From: a virus
Virus record (IMG/VR): IMGVR_UViG_3300044617_001156
Strand: one strand, 5' to 3'
Length of the DNA stretch: 64,000 nucleotides
The position numbers and the translations under genes are program-made. The first letter of the stretch is position 1; each line of letters begins with the position of its first letter. Below, one piece after another: positions 10,445 to 21,378 of the stretch. The notes under the pieces are model-generated. The model saw nothing but the letters and a program-made list of their open reading frames with translations, did no database searches and was not told where the DNA came from.

Positions 10445-11266
10445 ATGAACTTTATACCATTAACAAGTTTACCTAGAAGTGGATCAACTTTACTTCTTTA
10501 CATTCTAAATCAGAATCCAAAATTTACAATTGGACCTGATTCTGAAATCGGTCAGTTACTGAATATTAATAAAGAATTTATATGTAGTAGTATATCACAT
10601 TTCCAATTACCCCACGAAACCGTTTCGGATTGTTTTTACAATTTTTGTAGGTCTGGGGTAGATTCGTGGATTAAAACAATCTCAGAACCAGAAACTATTT
10701 TCGTAGATAAGTCTAGACACTGGTTAAAAGATTTGGATTATATTTTTCAACTTTTCCCAAAATTAAAAATAGTAGTTACAATCAGAGATTTAAGGTCCGT
10801 CATAAATTCCTTCGAAAAAATATCACAAGATTCTTTATTCGTTAATAGATCAGATTCATTTCATACAATACACGAAGATCTACAATACCAAAGAGTAGAT
10901 AATATTTTAAATTTAGATTATCTCAGAGATGGATTATTTTCGCTAAGACAACTCATAGATATTCCAAAAAAATATAAGAACCAAATCTTTATTTCCAGAT
11001 ACGAAGATCTTATTGAAGACCCACAAAATCAGTTAAATGAGATTTATGATTTTCTTGGACTTGATCGATACACACATGATTTTAATAATTTAACTCAAGA
11101 TTTTTATAATGATAATCCATATCAACCCTTTGGACGCCATAAGATAAAATCAAAAATAGAAAAATCAAACACAGAAAGTTCTCTAAGATTAAGAGAGGAT
11201 ATTCAAGATATGATTTTTAGTCATTATCACTGGTACTTTAAGGAATTCTATCCAGAAAAATTATGA
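10445..11266 (+). CDS. Sulfotransferase
   Basis: LPRSGSTLL PAPS-binding loop; DKSR.W, RD...V.NS and RYEDL motifs. Confidence 0.9.
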   Translation: MNFIPLTSLPRSGSTLLLYILNQNPKFTIGPDSEIGQLLNINKEFICSSISHFQLPHETVSDCFYNFCRSGVDSWIKTISEPETIFVDKSRHWLKDLDYIFQLFPKLKIVVTIRDLRSVINSFEKISQDSLFVNRSDSFHTIHEDLQYQRVDNILNLDYLRDGLFSLRQLIDIPKKYKNQIFISRYEDLIEDPQNQLNEIYDFLGLDRYTHDFNNLTQDFYNDNPYQPFGRHKIKSKIEKSNTESSLRLREDIQDMIFSHYHWYFKEFYPEKL

Positions 11267-11841
11267 ATATTGTCAAACTATATGATACATTTCCCATTTA
11301 TTTGATTAAAGATTTCGAACAAGTTGAAGATAGTTTAAGAATTGCTTTAATGGCAGTTGTTTTAGAAAATAAAGTTCGAAACCATAGAGGAAAAGGTGGT
11401 TCTTTTTTAATTGATGAAGACTATAAAAATTTCTTCAAAAGTCTTTATAGTAAATTTTTCGAATTCTCAAAAACTATATTTGGAGATTTTACCACCTCAA
11501 ATAATAACGAAAGTTGTTGGTCTTATGCAAGTAATAAATTCGATCATGGTCCAGGATTATTACATAATCACCGGAATACTTCAACAATAAATTCGGTTTA
11601 TTATTTGAATGTTCCACAAACAGTATCAATATCTAATGGATCAATATCTTTTATATTAAATGGGGAGACATTTTCATATAAACCTGAAAATGGAGATCTA
11701 TTAATTTTTCCAAATTATCTAAATCATAAGATTAATTTTCTAGACGATGAAGAATATAGAATTTCTATTAATATGGAAATTAAATGTGAAGAGTCTTCAG
11801 AAGAATTATTTTCAAAAGTGGATATTTTAAATATTACATAA
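11263..11841 (+). CDS. Putative 2OG-Fe(II) oxygenase (TIGR02466-like)
   Basis: HNH...SVYYL, GDLLIFPNYLNH and RISI motifs. Confidence 0.8.
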   Translation: MNIVKLYDTFPIYLIKDFEQVEDSLRIALMAVVLENKVRNHRGKGGSFLIDEDYKNFFKSLYSKFFEFSKTIFGDFTTSNNNESCWSYASNKFDHGPGLLHNHRNTSTINSVYYLNVPQTVSISNGSISFILNGETFSYKPENGDLLIFPNYLNHKINFLDDEEYRISINMEIKCEESSEELFSKVDILNIT

Positions 11842-11862
11842 ATACCTAAAAAGTATAAGATA
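11838..11862 (+). promoter_or_regulatory. Late promoter and leader shared by the propeller-fibre genes
   Basis: ATAAATACCTAAAAAGTATAA; near-identical copies at 13938, 21438 and 32688. Confidence 0.75.
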
Positions 11863-13941
11863 ATGGCTCTTAACTTCCCAGATAGTCCTACACTGAATCA
11901 AATATACACTGATAGTACTTCAGGTTTTTCTTATCAGTGGAATGGAACAGTATGGATAAGTTTTACACCATCATCTACGGGTAATATTAAAGTACTGGAT
12001 GATATTTCAGGTTCTTTCAATGGTTCTACACAGACCTTTGCATTAACCTCATCAACTATTGCACTGGCCCCACCAAACCCACAATCAGTCATTGTAAATC
12101 TTGGTGGTGTTGTACAAGACCCAAGTGATGACTATACAATCTCAGGGTCAAACATCATATTCTCCACACCGCCGACAGCAGGTCTTACATTCTCTGGTAT
12201 TGTCTTAGGTGTTGCAGTTCCTGTTGGAATTTCAACTGCAGATGCATACTATCGTCAGATTTATACACCAACAGGAGTACAGACCTCATTTAATTTCGTC
12301 AATGGATATACGGTAGGTTATCTGGATGTTTATCATAATGGTGCAAAGTTAGTTCCAGCAACAGACTACACAGCAACTGATGGCCTTAATTTCTCACTGA
12401 TTACTGCAGCACAATCAGGAGACGTTGTAGAAGCAATCGGATATAGAGTATCTGCAGTTACGATTGTAAATGGAAACTTAAATTCCTTAACCGTCAGTGG
12501 AATTTCAAGTCTTGCTGGTGCTACAAACCTTGGAAGTACTCTAAACGTAACTGGAGTTTCTACATTAGGTACTGTAAGAATTGCTTCAGGTATCGTTACT
12601 GCATCATCAGGTATTGTTACTTATTATGGTGATGGCAGTAATCTAAACTTAACAGGTAATACAACTGCTGGTGTAACTTCCACAAGTTCAGTCAATACCG
12701 TTGGTGTTGTTACTGCAGGTATCATTGATAGTTTTATTCCAGTAGATCAGAAGTTAGTAAGCACCAATTTAACTATTAATAACGGCCAAGAGAACATTAG
12801 TTTTGCCGAAGAATTAGTAGTTGATACTGGTTCGATATTCACAGTCAGTGCTGGAAGCACTGTGAGAATGAATGCTCTCGATACCATTAATGCATCTATA
12901 GTATCTGCTTCGGTAGATTTAGATATTCCTAGTGGTACTATAGCACAAAGACCTTCTGCTCCTACTTCAGGTTCTTTTAGATACAATAGTACATATGGTA
13001 TTCTAGAGTTTTATGATGGAACTAATTGGAGATTAGTATCATTAGGTGAACCATTATTTTCAAGTTCATCTAGTATCGGCGTCTTTGGTGGGGGCAGTTC
13101 ACCAATAAATGTAATAGATTACATAACCATAGAAACTACAGGAAATGCTGCTAACTTCGGAACCCTTACTGGAGCTCGCCAATCACTTGCCGCGTGTTCT
13201 TCCATTGCCAGAGGTGTTTTTGGTGGTGGTTTTGTTCCAGCAACTCCATCAGGTATAAGTTTAAGTGCAATAGATTACGTTGCCATAATATCTAGAGGAA
13301 CTGCCACTAATTTTGGAACCCTTACTGGAGCACGCTATAATTTAGCAGCGTGTTCTTCAAGCACTCGCGGTGTCTTTGGTGGTGGTAATAATGGTTCTAA
13401 CATCATAGATTACATCACAATAGCATCTACAGGAGACGCTATTGACTTTGGTGACCTTACTGTAGCACGTGGTGGTATTGCTGCATGTTCTTCTAGTACC
13501 AGAGGTGTTTTTGGTGGAGGTTATTTTACAGCACCATTTCCAGGAACACCATCAATTTATGCCACAATAGACTACATCAACTTCACATCCGTGGGAAATG
13601 CTACTAATTTTGGTTCACTTTCAACAAACCGCCGAAGTCTAGCAGCATGTTCTTCAAGCACCAGAGGTGTCTTTGGTGGTGGTTATACTCCATCACTAAC
13701 AAACGTAATAGACTTTATCACCATAGCATCCACAGGTAGCGCAACTGACTTTGGAGATTTAACTACTGCACGCTCTGGTTTAGCAGCTTGTTCCTCAAGT
13801 ACCAGAGGTGTCTTTGGTAGTGCAAATATAATGGACTACATTACAATAGCATCCACAGGAAATGCGCTTAACTTTGGTTCTTTTTCCACGTCACGTAGTG
13901 GATTAGCAGCCTGCTCCAACGCACACGGTGGTCTCTCATAA
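11863..13941 (+). CDS. Fibre protein with C-terminal six-repeat kelch-like beta-propeller (paralog 1)
   Basis: MALNFPDSP N-terminus; LDDISGSFNG domain; six RGVFGGG..IDYITIASTGNA.DFGDLT..R..LAACS repeats. Confidence 0.75.
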   Translation: MALNFPDSPTLNQIYTDSTSGFSYQWNGTVWISFTPSSTGNIKVLDDISGSFNGSTQTFALTSSTIALAPPNPQSVIVNLGGVVQDPSDDYTISGSNIIFSTPPTAGLTFSGIVLGVAVPVGISTADAYYRQIYTPTGVQTSFNFVNGYTVGYLDVYHNGAKLVPATDYTATDGLNFSLITAAQSGDVVEAIGYRVSAVTIVNGNLNSLTVSGISSLAGATNLGSTLNVTGVSTLGTVRIASGIVTASSGIVTYYGDGSNLNLTGNTTAGVTSTSSVNTVGVVTAGIIDSFIPVDQKLVSTNLTINNGQENISFAEELVVDTGSIFTVSAGSTVRMNALDTINASIVSASVDLDIPSGTIAQRPSAPTSGSFRYNSTYGILEFYDGTNWRLVSLGEPLFSSSSSIGVFGGGSSPINVIDYITIETTGNAANFGTLTGARQSLAACSSIARGVFGGGFVPATPSGISLSAIDYVAIISRGTATNFGTLTGARYNLAACSSSTRGVFGGGNNGSNIIDYITIASTGDAIDFGDLTVARGGIAACSSSTRGVFGGGYFTAPFPGTPSIYATIDYINFTSVGNATNFGSLSTNRRSLAACSSSTRGVFGGGYTPSLTNVIDFITIASTGSATDFGDLTTARSGLAACSSSTRGVFGSANIMDYITIASTGNALNFGSFSTSRSGLAACSNAHGGLS

Positions 13942-13956
13942 ATACCTAAAAAACTT

Positions 13957-15027
13957 ATGGCTAACCTAAGAGTTGATACCATCAAAAATAGAAGTGGTGA
14001 TAATGGACCAATCTTTGAAGGAAACCTAAGTTTTTCTTCTACCTCACATATGGTTCTACCAAAAGGAACAACAGGAGAAAGACCTGTTGGAGTTTCCACC
14101 GGTTCTATGAGATATAATACAGATACCAGTCTTGTAGAGTATTGGAATGGAACTTCTTGGTCTTCCGTAAGTACTTTTGATAGTAGTTTCCGTGGTGTCT
14201 TTGGTGGTGGTAGTCCAATCTCTACAATAGATTATATTCTGATTGCTGGAAGTGGTGGCAATTCAAATAACTTCGGAGACCTTACTGTACCACGCTATAA
14301 TTTAGCAGCGTGTTCTTCAAGCACTCGCGGTGTCTTTGGTGGTGGTGTTCCTACGGTAAACGTAATTGACTTCATTACAATAGCATCTACAGGAAACGCA
14401 ACTGACTTTGGCGATTTAACTGTAGCACGTGGATATCCTGCTTCATGTTCATCAAGTACTAGAGGTGTCTTTGGTGGTGGTTATGCTCCATCATCATCAA
14501 ACGTAATTGACTTCATTACAATAGCATCTACAGGTAATGCCACTGACTTTGGAGACCTTACTGTAGCACGTCAATATCTTGCTGCATGTTCCTCAAGCAC
14601 TCGTGGTGTCTTTGGTGGGGGTCTTGCTGGACCAACAGCATCAAACGTAATAGACTTCATTACAATAGCATCTACAGGAAACGCAACTGACTTTGGAGAC
14701 CTTACAACAACATCTTATTATGTATCATCTTGTTCCTCAAGCACTAGAGGTGTCTTTGGTGGTGGCGCTCCTGCGACAAACACAATAGATTACATCACTA
14801 TAGCAACTACAGGAAATGCTATTAACTTTGGAAACCTTACAGTCCCACGTTATGCGACAGGATCTTGCTCTTCAAGCACTCGCGGTGTCTTTGGTGGTGG
14901 TGTTCCTGCGGCAAACATAATAGACTACATTACCATAACAACCACAGGAAATGCTATTAACTTTGGAACCCTTAGTGTAGCACGTTCTAGTCTTGCTGCA
15001 TGTTCAGATTCACACGGTGGTCTCTAA
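13957..15027 (+). CDS. Beta-propeller fibre-tip protein (paralog 2)
   Basis: LPKGTTGERP..GSMRYNT stalk followed by six repeats. Confidence 0.75.
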   Translation: MANLRVDTIKNRSGDNGPIFEGNLSFSSTSHMVLPKGTTGERPVGVSTGSMRYNTDTSLVEYWNGTSWSSVSTFDSSFRGVFGGGSPISTIDYILIAGSGGNSNNFGDLTVPRYNLAACSSSTRGVFGGGVPTVNVIDFITIASTGNATDFGDLTVARGYPASCSSSTRGVFGGGYAPSSSNVIDFITIASTGNATDFGDLTVARQYLAACSSSTRGVFGGGLAGPTASNVIDFITIASTGNATDFGDLTTTSYYVSSCSSSTRGVFGGGAPATNTIDYITIATTGNAINFGNLTVPRYATGSCSSSTRGVFGGGVPAANIIDYITITTTGNAINFGTLSVARSSLAACSDSHGGL

Positions 15028-15078
15028 TAATACACTAAAGAAAATCAAATAAATACTCCAGAACATTCGTAATATGAT

Positions 15079-15972
15079 ATGACTGAAAATACTTCAGCAA
15101 TTACTACACAAGAATTCACACCAAGCGCAGAAATATCTATTAGTTCTCTAAAAAGCGAACTTACACAATTACCAAAAGAATATTCTCCAATGTTACAAAA
15201 CATTCAGGAGAATTTACCTGTTATTCAAGCAACATCAGAGAACTTCTATAAGTCTCATTCACAATATATGAATGCGACTGTAGATATCACTGACCTTACA
15301 CCACTTCATAGTGTTCGGCATATTCTAGCACGTGTTGAACGTAAGAAAGCAGCACTTGCCGAAGCACAAATCAAGAGACGTAAGGATGATATTGAACTTC
15401 GCCGTAAGCAAAAGCAACTAGAAGAAACCACTGATGAGTTTGATCGCGAACTTCTAGAGATTGAAATCATTGAACTGATGAATGGTTTAACCTCTGGTGA
15501 GAATTACATCAAGGGTGCAATTCGGGAAATGTCCTTCTTGATGACCCAATATCAATCGGTTCTTGATAAACTAGGTAAGGAACACCTAACTGAAGAGGAC
15601 TTTGAAGAAGATGAAAAGCGTTATCACGTGATGACTGCTCTGAAGCAAGCACTCAATGCATCCCGTCCCCGTGGTGGTTTGATTGACGAAGGAAACTCCA
15701 TTTATCTGTTTGATATTGGAGTCAACGTCGCACACGCACAAGCAGAAATCTTCAATTATCTCAAACAAGAACAAGAGATGATTGAAAATGGGCTTGCTCC
15801 ATCACATGAAATGACGATGGAATGGTTGGAAAGGTGTGCTGATAAGTTCAAGGACTGCGGAACCCGATTTGCAGAAAGTCGTGGTCTTATTCCATTGGAC
15901 CAGAAATCATTAGCACAACCAGAACCAGTACAATTACTGAAAGGAACTACTGAACCTACTGAAGAGAACTAA
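15079..15972 (+). CDS. Coiled-coil protein of unknown function
   Basis: Charged helical sequence; late promoter ATAAATA at 15049-15055. Confidence 0.7.
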   Translation: MTENTSAITTQEFTPSAEISISSLKSELTQLPKEYSPMLQNIQENLPVIQATSENFYKSHSQYMNATVDITDLTPLHSVRHILARVERKKAALAEAQIKRRKDDIELRRKQKQLEETTDEFDRELLEIEIIELMNGLTSGENYIKGAIREMSFLMTQYQSVLDKLGKEHLTEEDFEEDEKRYHVMTALKQALNASRPRGGLIDEGNSIYLFDIGVNVAHAQAEIFNYLKQEQEMIENGLAPSHEMTMEWLERCADKFKDCGTRFAESRGLIPLDQKSLAQPEPVQLLKGTTEPTEEN

Positions 15973-15975
15973 ATT

Positions 15976-16707
15976 ATGAACTTCCATCTTGCTATCGGCA
16001 CACCAATGTATGGTGGTGCTTGTACCAGTGAATATACACAATCACTTTTAGCACTCACGGAAAGTGTAAAGAATAGTGGAAATGAGATTACATCAATCTT
16101 TCTTGGAAATGAAAGTCTTATTCAACGTGGAAGAAACACGATTGCTTATCACTTTCTAAACAGTTCTGCGACACACTTAATGTTTATTGATGCAGACATT
16201 AAGTTTAGTCCAAGAGATATTGCAAGAATGATTGCTGCCGATAAGGAACTCATTATTGGTCCAGTACCACTGAAAGGTATTGACTGGGAACAAGTGAGAA
16301 CGGCTGCATTGGAAGGCAAACAAGACCTTTATTCACATACTGGTGTCTTTAATATCAATCATCTTCCTGGACATTCAATGGTAAGTGAAGATGAACCATT
16401 TGAAATTGAACACGGCGGTGCTGCTTTTATGATGATAAGACGTGATGCTTTTGAAGCACTTATTCCTCATACTCCAACGTATGTAAATGGTGGTCGTTCA
16501 GTTCCTCCTGGTGCTGAGGTACACGATTTCTTTCGTGTAGAAATCAAACCAGAAACAAAACATCTACTCTCTGAGGATTATTTCTTCTGCGAGAGTTATC
16601 GTAAGATTGGTGGAAAAACTTGGATTGCCCCCTGGGTTCAAACGGGACATTTTGGTTCCTACCTATTCAACGGTAACTATTCAGAATTCGCTAAGTCTAA
16701 TAAATAA
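15976..16707 (+). CDS. GT-A fold glycosyltransferase-like protein
   Basis: ESLIQRGRN, HLMFIDADI (DXD) and LSEDYFFC motifs. Confidence 0.75.
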   Translation: MNFHLAIGTPMYGGACTSEYTQSLLALTESVKNSGNEITSIFLGNESLIQRGRNTIAYHFLNSSATHLMFIDADIKFSPRDIARMIAADKELIIGPVPLKGIDWEQVRTAALEGKQDLYSHTGVFNINHLPGHSMVSEDEPFEIEHGGAAFMMIRRDAFEALIPHTPTYVNGGRSVPPGAEVHDFFRVEIKPETKHLLSEDYFFCESYRKIGGKTWIAPWVQTGHFGSYLFNGNYSEFAKSNK

Positions 16708-16726
16708 CTAAAAATACCAAAGAACA

Positions 16727-17077
16727 ATGGCTATAACCCATCAAATGATAAAATACCGTCTCAATCCAGACGGAACCGTACCTGAATTCTTATGTAAAGA
16801 AGGTATGGGTGGTATTTTTCTAAAGTATGACCCAACCACTCCAGCACCACAAGACAATATTATGTTTGGTCTTAGTGAGTATCCAGTAACTACAGATACT
16901 CCTGGTATCGTTGGTATTCTCACAACTAAGACCGAACTCACCGCATATCTCAATGAGGTTCTTGCTGGTGCTACTCAACCAAACCCAGAAGACCCCCAAG
17001 GCGAACCCATTCCAGTAGATATCCCTGCTCAAGTAGAATGGGCGTGGGGCATTTATAAAGCACAAAACGGTCTCTAA
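16727..17077 (+). CDS. Hypothetical late protein (116 aa)
   Basis: Late promoter ATAAATA at 16700-16706; coherent ORF. Confidence 0.65.
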   Translation: MAITHQMIKYRLNPDGTVPEFLCKEGMGGIFLKYDPTTPAPQDNIMFGLSEYPVTTDTPGIVGILTTKTELTAYLNEVLAGATQPNPEDPQGEPIPVDIPAQVEWAWGIYKAQNGL

Positions 17078-17094
17078 TATTTCTTTCCTACATA

Positions 17095-17898
17095 ATGACT
17101 AAATCATTCTTTTTTGACTCCGGACTTCCACGTTCCGGTTCAACTGCTTTCTCTTCCATACTCAATCAAAACCCACAAATTCACGCAGGGGCATTGTCTC
17201 CTGCGTTTGAATTAATGTATCAAATTCAATCTTATTTTGAAATCAGCGAACAAGCAAAGGCATATCCAAAACCAGAGTGTAATTCAAAGATTATCTCCAG
17301 TGTCCTAGAGAACTACTATAGTGATACAGAGAAACCTTATATTGTAGATAAAAGTCGTGCGTGGATAGGTCAAATACCATTCATAAGACAATATATTACA
17401 CAGAACCCCAAGATTATTTGTACGGTAAGACACCCACTAGATATTCTTGCTTCCTTTATTGATTTAATTCATAAGCATCCTAATGAGGTTTCATTCTTAG
17501 ATAAGGCGTTGATTTCTCAAAGAATATCACTGACTGACGATAATCGATGCGAGTTTCTAATGTCTCCTTCTGGAGTTGTTTTTAATTCAATGAATGGATT
17601 AGCAAAAGCATTCCACGAAGGTGATAGAAATTGTATTCACTTGATTGATTATGATGACTTAGTGAATAATCCAGAAGAAGTAATGAATGGTGTCTATGAG
17701 TTCTTGGAGTTAGAACCTTATCAACACGACTTCAATTCCATTACCAATAGTCACCGCGAAAGAGACACTGAGGTTTATGGACTAAGCACAATGCATCAGG
17801 TTAAAGGAACACTTGAAAAAACTTCACGTTCTTATTCTGATGTGCTGAGTGATACTGTGATAAATAAATACAGAAATCTTGATTTTTGGAACAAATAG
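17095..17898 (+). CDS. Sulfotransferase
   Basis: GLPRSGST, DKSRAW and R.P.DILAS motifs; paralog of the ORF at 10445. Confidence 0.9.
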   Translation: MTKSFFFDSGLPRSGSTAFSSILNQNPQIHAGALSPAFELMYQIQSYFEISEQAKAYPKPECNSKIISSVLENYYSDTEKPYIVDKSRAWIGQIPFIRQYITQNPKIICTVRHPLDILASFIDLIHKHPNEVSFLDKALISQRISLTDDNRCEFLMSPSGVVFNSMNGLAKAFHEGDRNCIHLIDYDDLVNNPEEVMNGVYEFLELEPYQHDFNSITNSHRERDTEVYGLSTMHQVKGTLEKTSRSYSDVLSDTVINKYRNLDFWNK

Positions 17899-18120
17899 AT
17901 GTCTGAGATCAGAGTTGATAAAATACAACCTGTGCTTAATGGAGGAACTGTTACTCTTACGGGTATCACTACATTCTCTGGTACTGGTTCATTGACGCCT
18001 CCTGGAGGTCTTCCAGAGCAAAGAACTTCGGCACCAAGAGCGGGGCAGATTAGATTCGTTCAGGGTGATCTTGGAAATGCTGTAGAATATTATAACGGTA
18101 CTACTTGGACGCAGGTATAA
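17899..18120 (+). CDS. Stalk-only paralog of the propeller fibre proteins (73 aa)
   Basis: SEIRVDKI..P.G..EQR...GQIRF...EYYNG..W, ending before the propeller; late promoter at 17860-17870. Confidence 0.65.
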   Translation: MSEIRVDKIQPVLNGGTVTLTGITTFSGTGSLTPPGGLPEQRTSAPRAGQIRFVQGDLGNAVEYYNGTTWTQV

Positions 18121-19220
18121 TGTCTTCTCTTAAAATCACAAATATCTCAAATAAGAATAATAATAGTGGGGCAGTTATCTCAGGTATCTCTACTGTCTCG
18201 AGTGGAAATTTTACGTTGCCTTCGGGTACAACGGGACAAAGAGTAGGAATTGAATCTGGTTCTCTGAGATATAACACCACAGATAATATTTTAGAGTTTT
18301 ATACTGGAACTAGTTGGCTTGCAATTTCGCAGACTTCTACTTCACTATTTTCTCGCGGTCTTTTTGGTGGTGGTTTAGTCTCACCTGCATTATTAAACGT
18401 AATAGACTACATCACCATAGCAACTACAGGTAATGCTATTGACTTTGGCGACCTTACAGTAGCACGTCGTAATCCAGCGGCTTGTTCTTCAAGCACTCGT
18501 GGTGTCTTTGGTGGTGGTTATGCTCCATCAGTAACAAACACAGTAGACTATATCACTATAGCATCAGTAGGAAATGCTACTGACTTTGGTGACCTTACTG
18601 TAGCACGTCCTGCGGCAGCAGGTTGTTCCTCAAGTACTAGAGGTGTCTTTGGTGGTGGTCTTACTACCCCAACAGAATCAAACGTAATAGACTACATCAC
18701 CATAGCAACTACAGGCAATGCCACTGACTTTGGTGACCTTACTTTAGGACGCCGAACACCGGCAGCTTGTTCTTCAAGCACCAGAGGTGTATTTTCTGGT
18801 GGTTATAGTCCAACAATCACAAATGTAATAGATTACATTACTATAGCATCAGTAGGAAACGCAATTGACTTTGGCGATTTAACTGCAGCAAGTCGTACCC
18901 AAGGCGGGTGCTCATCAAGCACTCGCGGTGTTTTTGGTGGGGGTCTTGCTGGACCAGCAGCAACAAACACAATAGACTACATCACCATAGCAACTACAGG
19001 TAATGCCACTGACTTTGGTGACCTTACTGACGCACGTTATTTATTAGCAGCGTGTTCCTCAAGTACTAGAGGTGTCTTTGGTGGTGGATATAGTCCAAGT
19101 AAAAGCATAATGGACTATATTACCATAGCAACTACAGGAAATGCAACTAACTTTGGAGACCTTACTCTAGCACGTGCTTATCTAGCAGCTTGCTCCAGCA
19201 ACCACGGCGGTCTTTTATAA
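18120..19220 (+). CDS. Beta-propeller fibre-tip protein (paralog 3)
   Basis: The ATG at 18120 overlaps the upstream TAA and is preferred over the track start at 18105; six repeats. Confidence 0.75.
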   Translation: MSSLKITNISNKNNNSGAVISGISTVSSGNFTLPSGTTGQRVGIESGSLRYNTTDNILEFYTGTSWLAISQTSTSLFSRGLFGGGLVSPALLNVIDYITIATTGNAIDFGDLTVARRNPAACSSSTRGVFGGGYAPSVTNTVDYITIASVGNATDFGDLTVARPAAAGCSSSTRGVFGGGLTTPTESNVIDYITIATTGNATDFGDLTLGRRTPAACSSSTRGVFSGGYSPTITNVIDYITIASVGNAIDFGDLTAASRTQGGCSSSTRGVFGGGLAGPAATNTIDYITIATTGNATDFGDLTDARYLLAACSSSTRGVFGGGYSPSKSIMDYITIATTGNATNFGDLTLARAYLAACSSNHGGLL

Positions 19221-19223
19221 GTT

Positions 19224-19817
19224 TCACCAGCACCACAGCACTCCCGAGTAACGAAGACCAGAAGTAACCTCATCAACACGATGAGGATAAAGAAATAAAC
19301 TAGGCCAAGCAATAATTGATCCTGCTTTTGGTTTGACCTTATAGTCATCCCAGAAGACTAATTCACCACCTTCATAATCATCATTAAAACAAATAATCAT
19401 ACTCAACACAGGAATACCTTGTTCGGGTGGAGTAAATAATGACTTAATGTGATCTATGTGGCAACGCATAATTTGCCCTGGAACATAACGATTAAAACGG
19501 ATTTTAGAGAACTTATTCATAATTTGAAGAGTTCTCTCACCACCACCTTCAAATAAGACCTTCTCATTATAAGAAGCACCAGCAGCAATCACATAAGGTG
19601 TGAGAAGTGCTTGAAGTTCTTCAGTGGTATTCTGTACGTCAAGTTCTTTGGTTGGTTCGCTATTAAAAGTACCTGCCTGAGCGTTATACCAGGTGTGTGG
19701 TTTCCATTCACGATTTCCAATATCTTGGATAACGTAATCGCAAATATTCTTAGGTATCAGACCTTCCTCTACAACAATCAGGTCTTTTAGTTTGCTTTCT
19801 GGTTGATTTAATGTCAT
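19224..19817 (-). CDS. Prolyl 4-hydroxylase-like 2OG-Fe(II) oxygenase
   Basis: HID, NDDYEGGEL and YPHRVDEVTSGLRYS motifs; start reassigned to the ATG at 19817, which overlaps the upstream stop. Confidence 0.85.
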   Translation of the reverse strand: MTLNQPESKLKDLIVVEEGLIPKNICDYVIQDIGNREWKPHTWYNAQAGTFNSEPTKELDVQNTTEELQALLTPYVIAAGASYNEKVLFEGGGERTLQIMNKFSKIRFNRYVPGQIMRCHIDHIKSLFTPPEQGIPVLSMIICFNDDYEGGELVFWDDYKVKPKAGSIIAWPSLFLYPHRVDEVTSGLRYSGVLWCW

Positions 19818-20752
19818 ATTACCTCTGCGGATTTTAATGGTCTTGCCTGTTCGCACTTACGGCAGAATGCTTGTTGGAACTTTGCCTTCTGAGTTTGATA
19901 TTCTTCTGAGTTCAGTATTTCTCTTAGTGATTGTTCTCTTATGTTACCACAACTATAGTCCTGATGGTAATCGTGACAACAATAAAACACATTACCATTC
20001 ACACCGAAATATAAGTTCTCAAAGTAACCAGCAGAACATCCAAGTGGTTGGTCTCCCCAATCAATTTCACCATGAGCAATCTTCTGGGTATCACATTCTG
20101 CACCATCGAGTGTTCCTGCACGGTCAACTAGTCCAGTCATAGAGAAGTTAATCCCCGGAGGACAACGTTGGAACTTTTCATAAACCTTAAGAAACTCTTG
20201 TTTATGATTTTCGCTTCCATCACCATTCACAATGACTGTAATAGGAAAGTTCAACCTAGAAGAATTCTCAAAGAGATACATTAACTGATAGTACATTCGG
20301 TACATTACAGAAACCGAAGAACCAGTCATATCTTTCCACTTCTTCTCATCCATCGTTGGAATATTCAATCGAAACTGCTTGATATTCTGTGGATTTTCAA
20401 TCAACCAATCAGTGAGTTCAGTGGTAATCATACTTCCATTGGAAATATGTTCGTAACGGAACCCAAGGTCCGTCATGATTTGCAGTTTCTCTTTGAATGT
20501 ATCATCTAGATTTGGTTCATTATAAGTTGCAAATGAGATATCATTGAACTCTTGAATGCTGTAAACTGAACGGATTTCAGTGAGTATTCTTTTAAATAAA
20601 TCCAAGTCCATACACTGCTTAGGTGCAGGAGTATCATAAGCATTTGGACAGAACCAACACTTGTAGTTACAATGAGTATTATTTTCTATCTGTGCAATAC
20701 GATATCCAAATCCGTGAAACTCTGGAAGTGGACGTGCTAATGCTGAAGTCAT
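19814..20752 (-). CDS. Radical SAM protein with SPASM/twitch domain
   Basis: CNYKCWFC (CxxxCxxC); C-terminal C..G.V..CCHD..GN...C..C. Confidence 0.9.
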   Translation of the reverse strand: MTSALARPLPEFHGFGYRIAQIENNTHCNYKCWFCPNAYDTPAPKQCMDLDLFKRILTEIRSVYSIQEFNDISFATYNEPNLDDTFKEKLQIMTDLGFRYEHISNGSMITTELTDWLIENPQNIKQFRLNIPTMDEKKWKDMTGSSVSVMYRMYYQLMYLFENSSRLNFPITVIVNGDGSENHKQEFLKVYEKFQRCPPGINFSMTGLVDRAGTLDGAECDTQKIAHGEIDWGDQPLGCSAGYFENLYFGVNGNVFYCCHDYHQDYSCGNIREQSLREILNSEEYQTQKAKFQQAFCRKCEQARPLKSAEVI

Positions 20753-21378
20753 TTATTCAAAGGAAGATAAGTTAGACTATCAATGGAACCCAGAGAGTTC
20801 TTTGCAAAGGTATTAAATGCAAGACTAATTCTTGGAAGGTCTGCTTTATTTTCAGGAACACTATGAGTAAGATTAGATGGGAACAGGATAAGTTCTCCAC
20901 TATTCAAAGGAAGCAAGAACGTTGCACTATTAAAGTTATTCTGCTTTTGAATGTTTAGATTGAATGAATGAGTGTTTGGATTACGGAACTCAATCGGTGG
21001 TAGGTTCTCATTGATTTGGAAATAAAACACACCACTTACAATACTATTAGGATGTACGTGTTCGTGATGTTTCTTTCCTTTCTCACAGATATTACTCCAT
21101 GCCTGGGTAATCACAAGTTCATCAGTACATTCAAGGACATTATGTACGTAAAACTTAAGGTATGCTTCAATGAACTCGCGGATGGATGCAAGTTCAGGTT
21201 CATCTAGCAGAAAAGTATTGGTTGATTGCTTCGCGTATTCTTTCTGCGACTTTTCGTTTAACTTATGTTCTAAAGACTTTACGTATTCTAGTTCCTTTGA
21301 AAAGTCTTTATGGTACTTGGAAATAAGAACTGGTTTTGGAAAGAGTTGAATTAATTCAGGTTGTTTCGGGGTTTCCAT
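20749..21378 (-). CDS. Putative 2OG-Fe(II) oxygenase (TIGR02466-like)
   Basis: HVHPNSIVSGVFY, LFPSNLTHSV and RISLAFN motifs; minus-strand late promoter CTAAATA at 21412-21418. Confidence 0.85.
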   Translation of the reverse strand: METPKQPELIQLFPKPVLISKYHKDFSKELEYVKSLEHKLNEKSQKEYAKQSTNTFLLDEPELASIREFIEAYLKFYVHNVLECTDELVITQAWSNICEKGKKHHEHVHPNSIVSGVFYFQINENLPPIEFRNPNTHSFNLNIQKQNNFNSATFLLPLNSGELILFPSNLTHSVPENKADLPRISLAFNTFAKNSLGSIDSLTYLPLNK

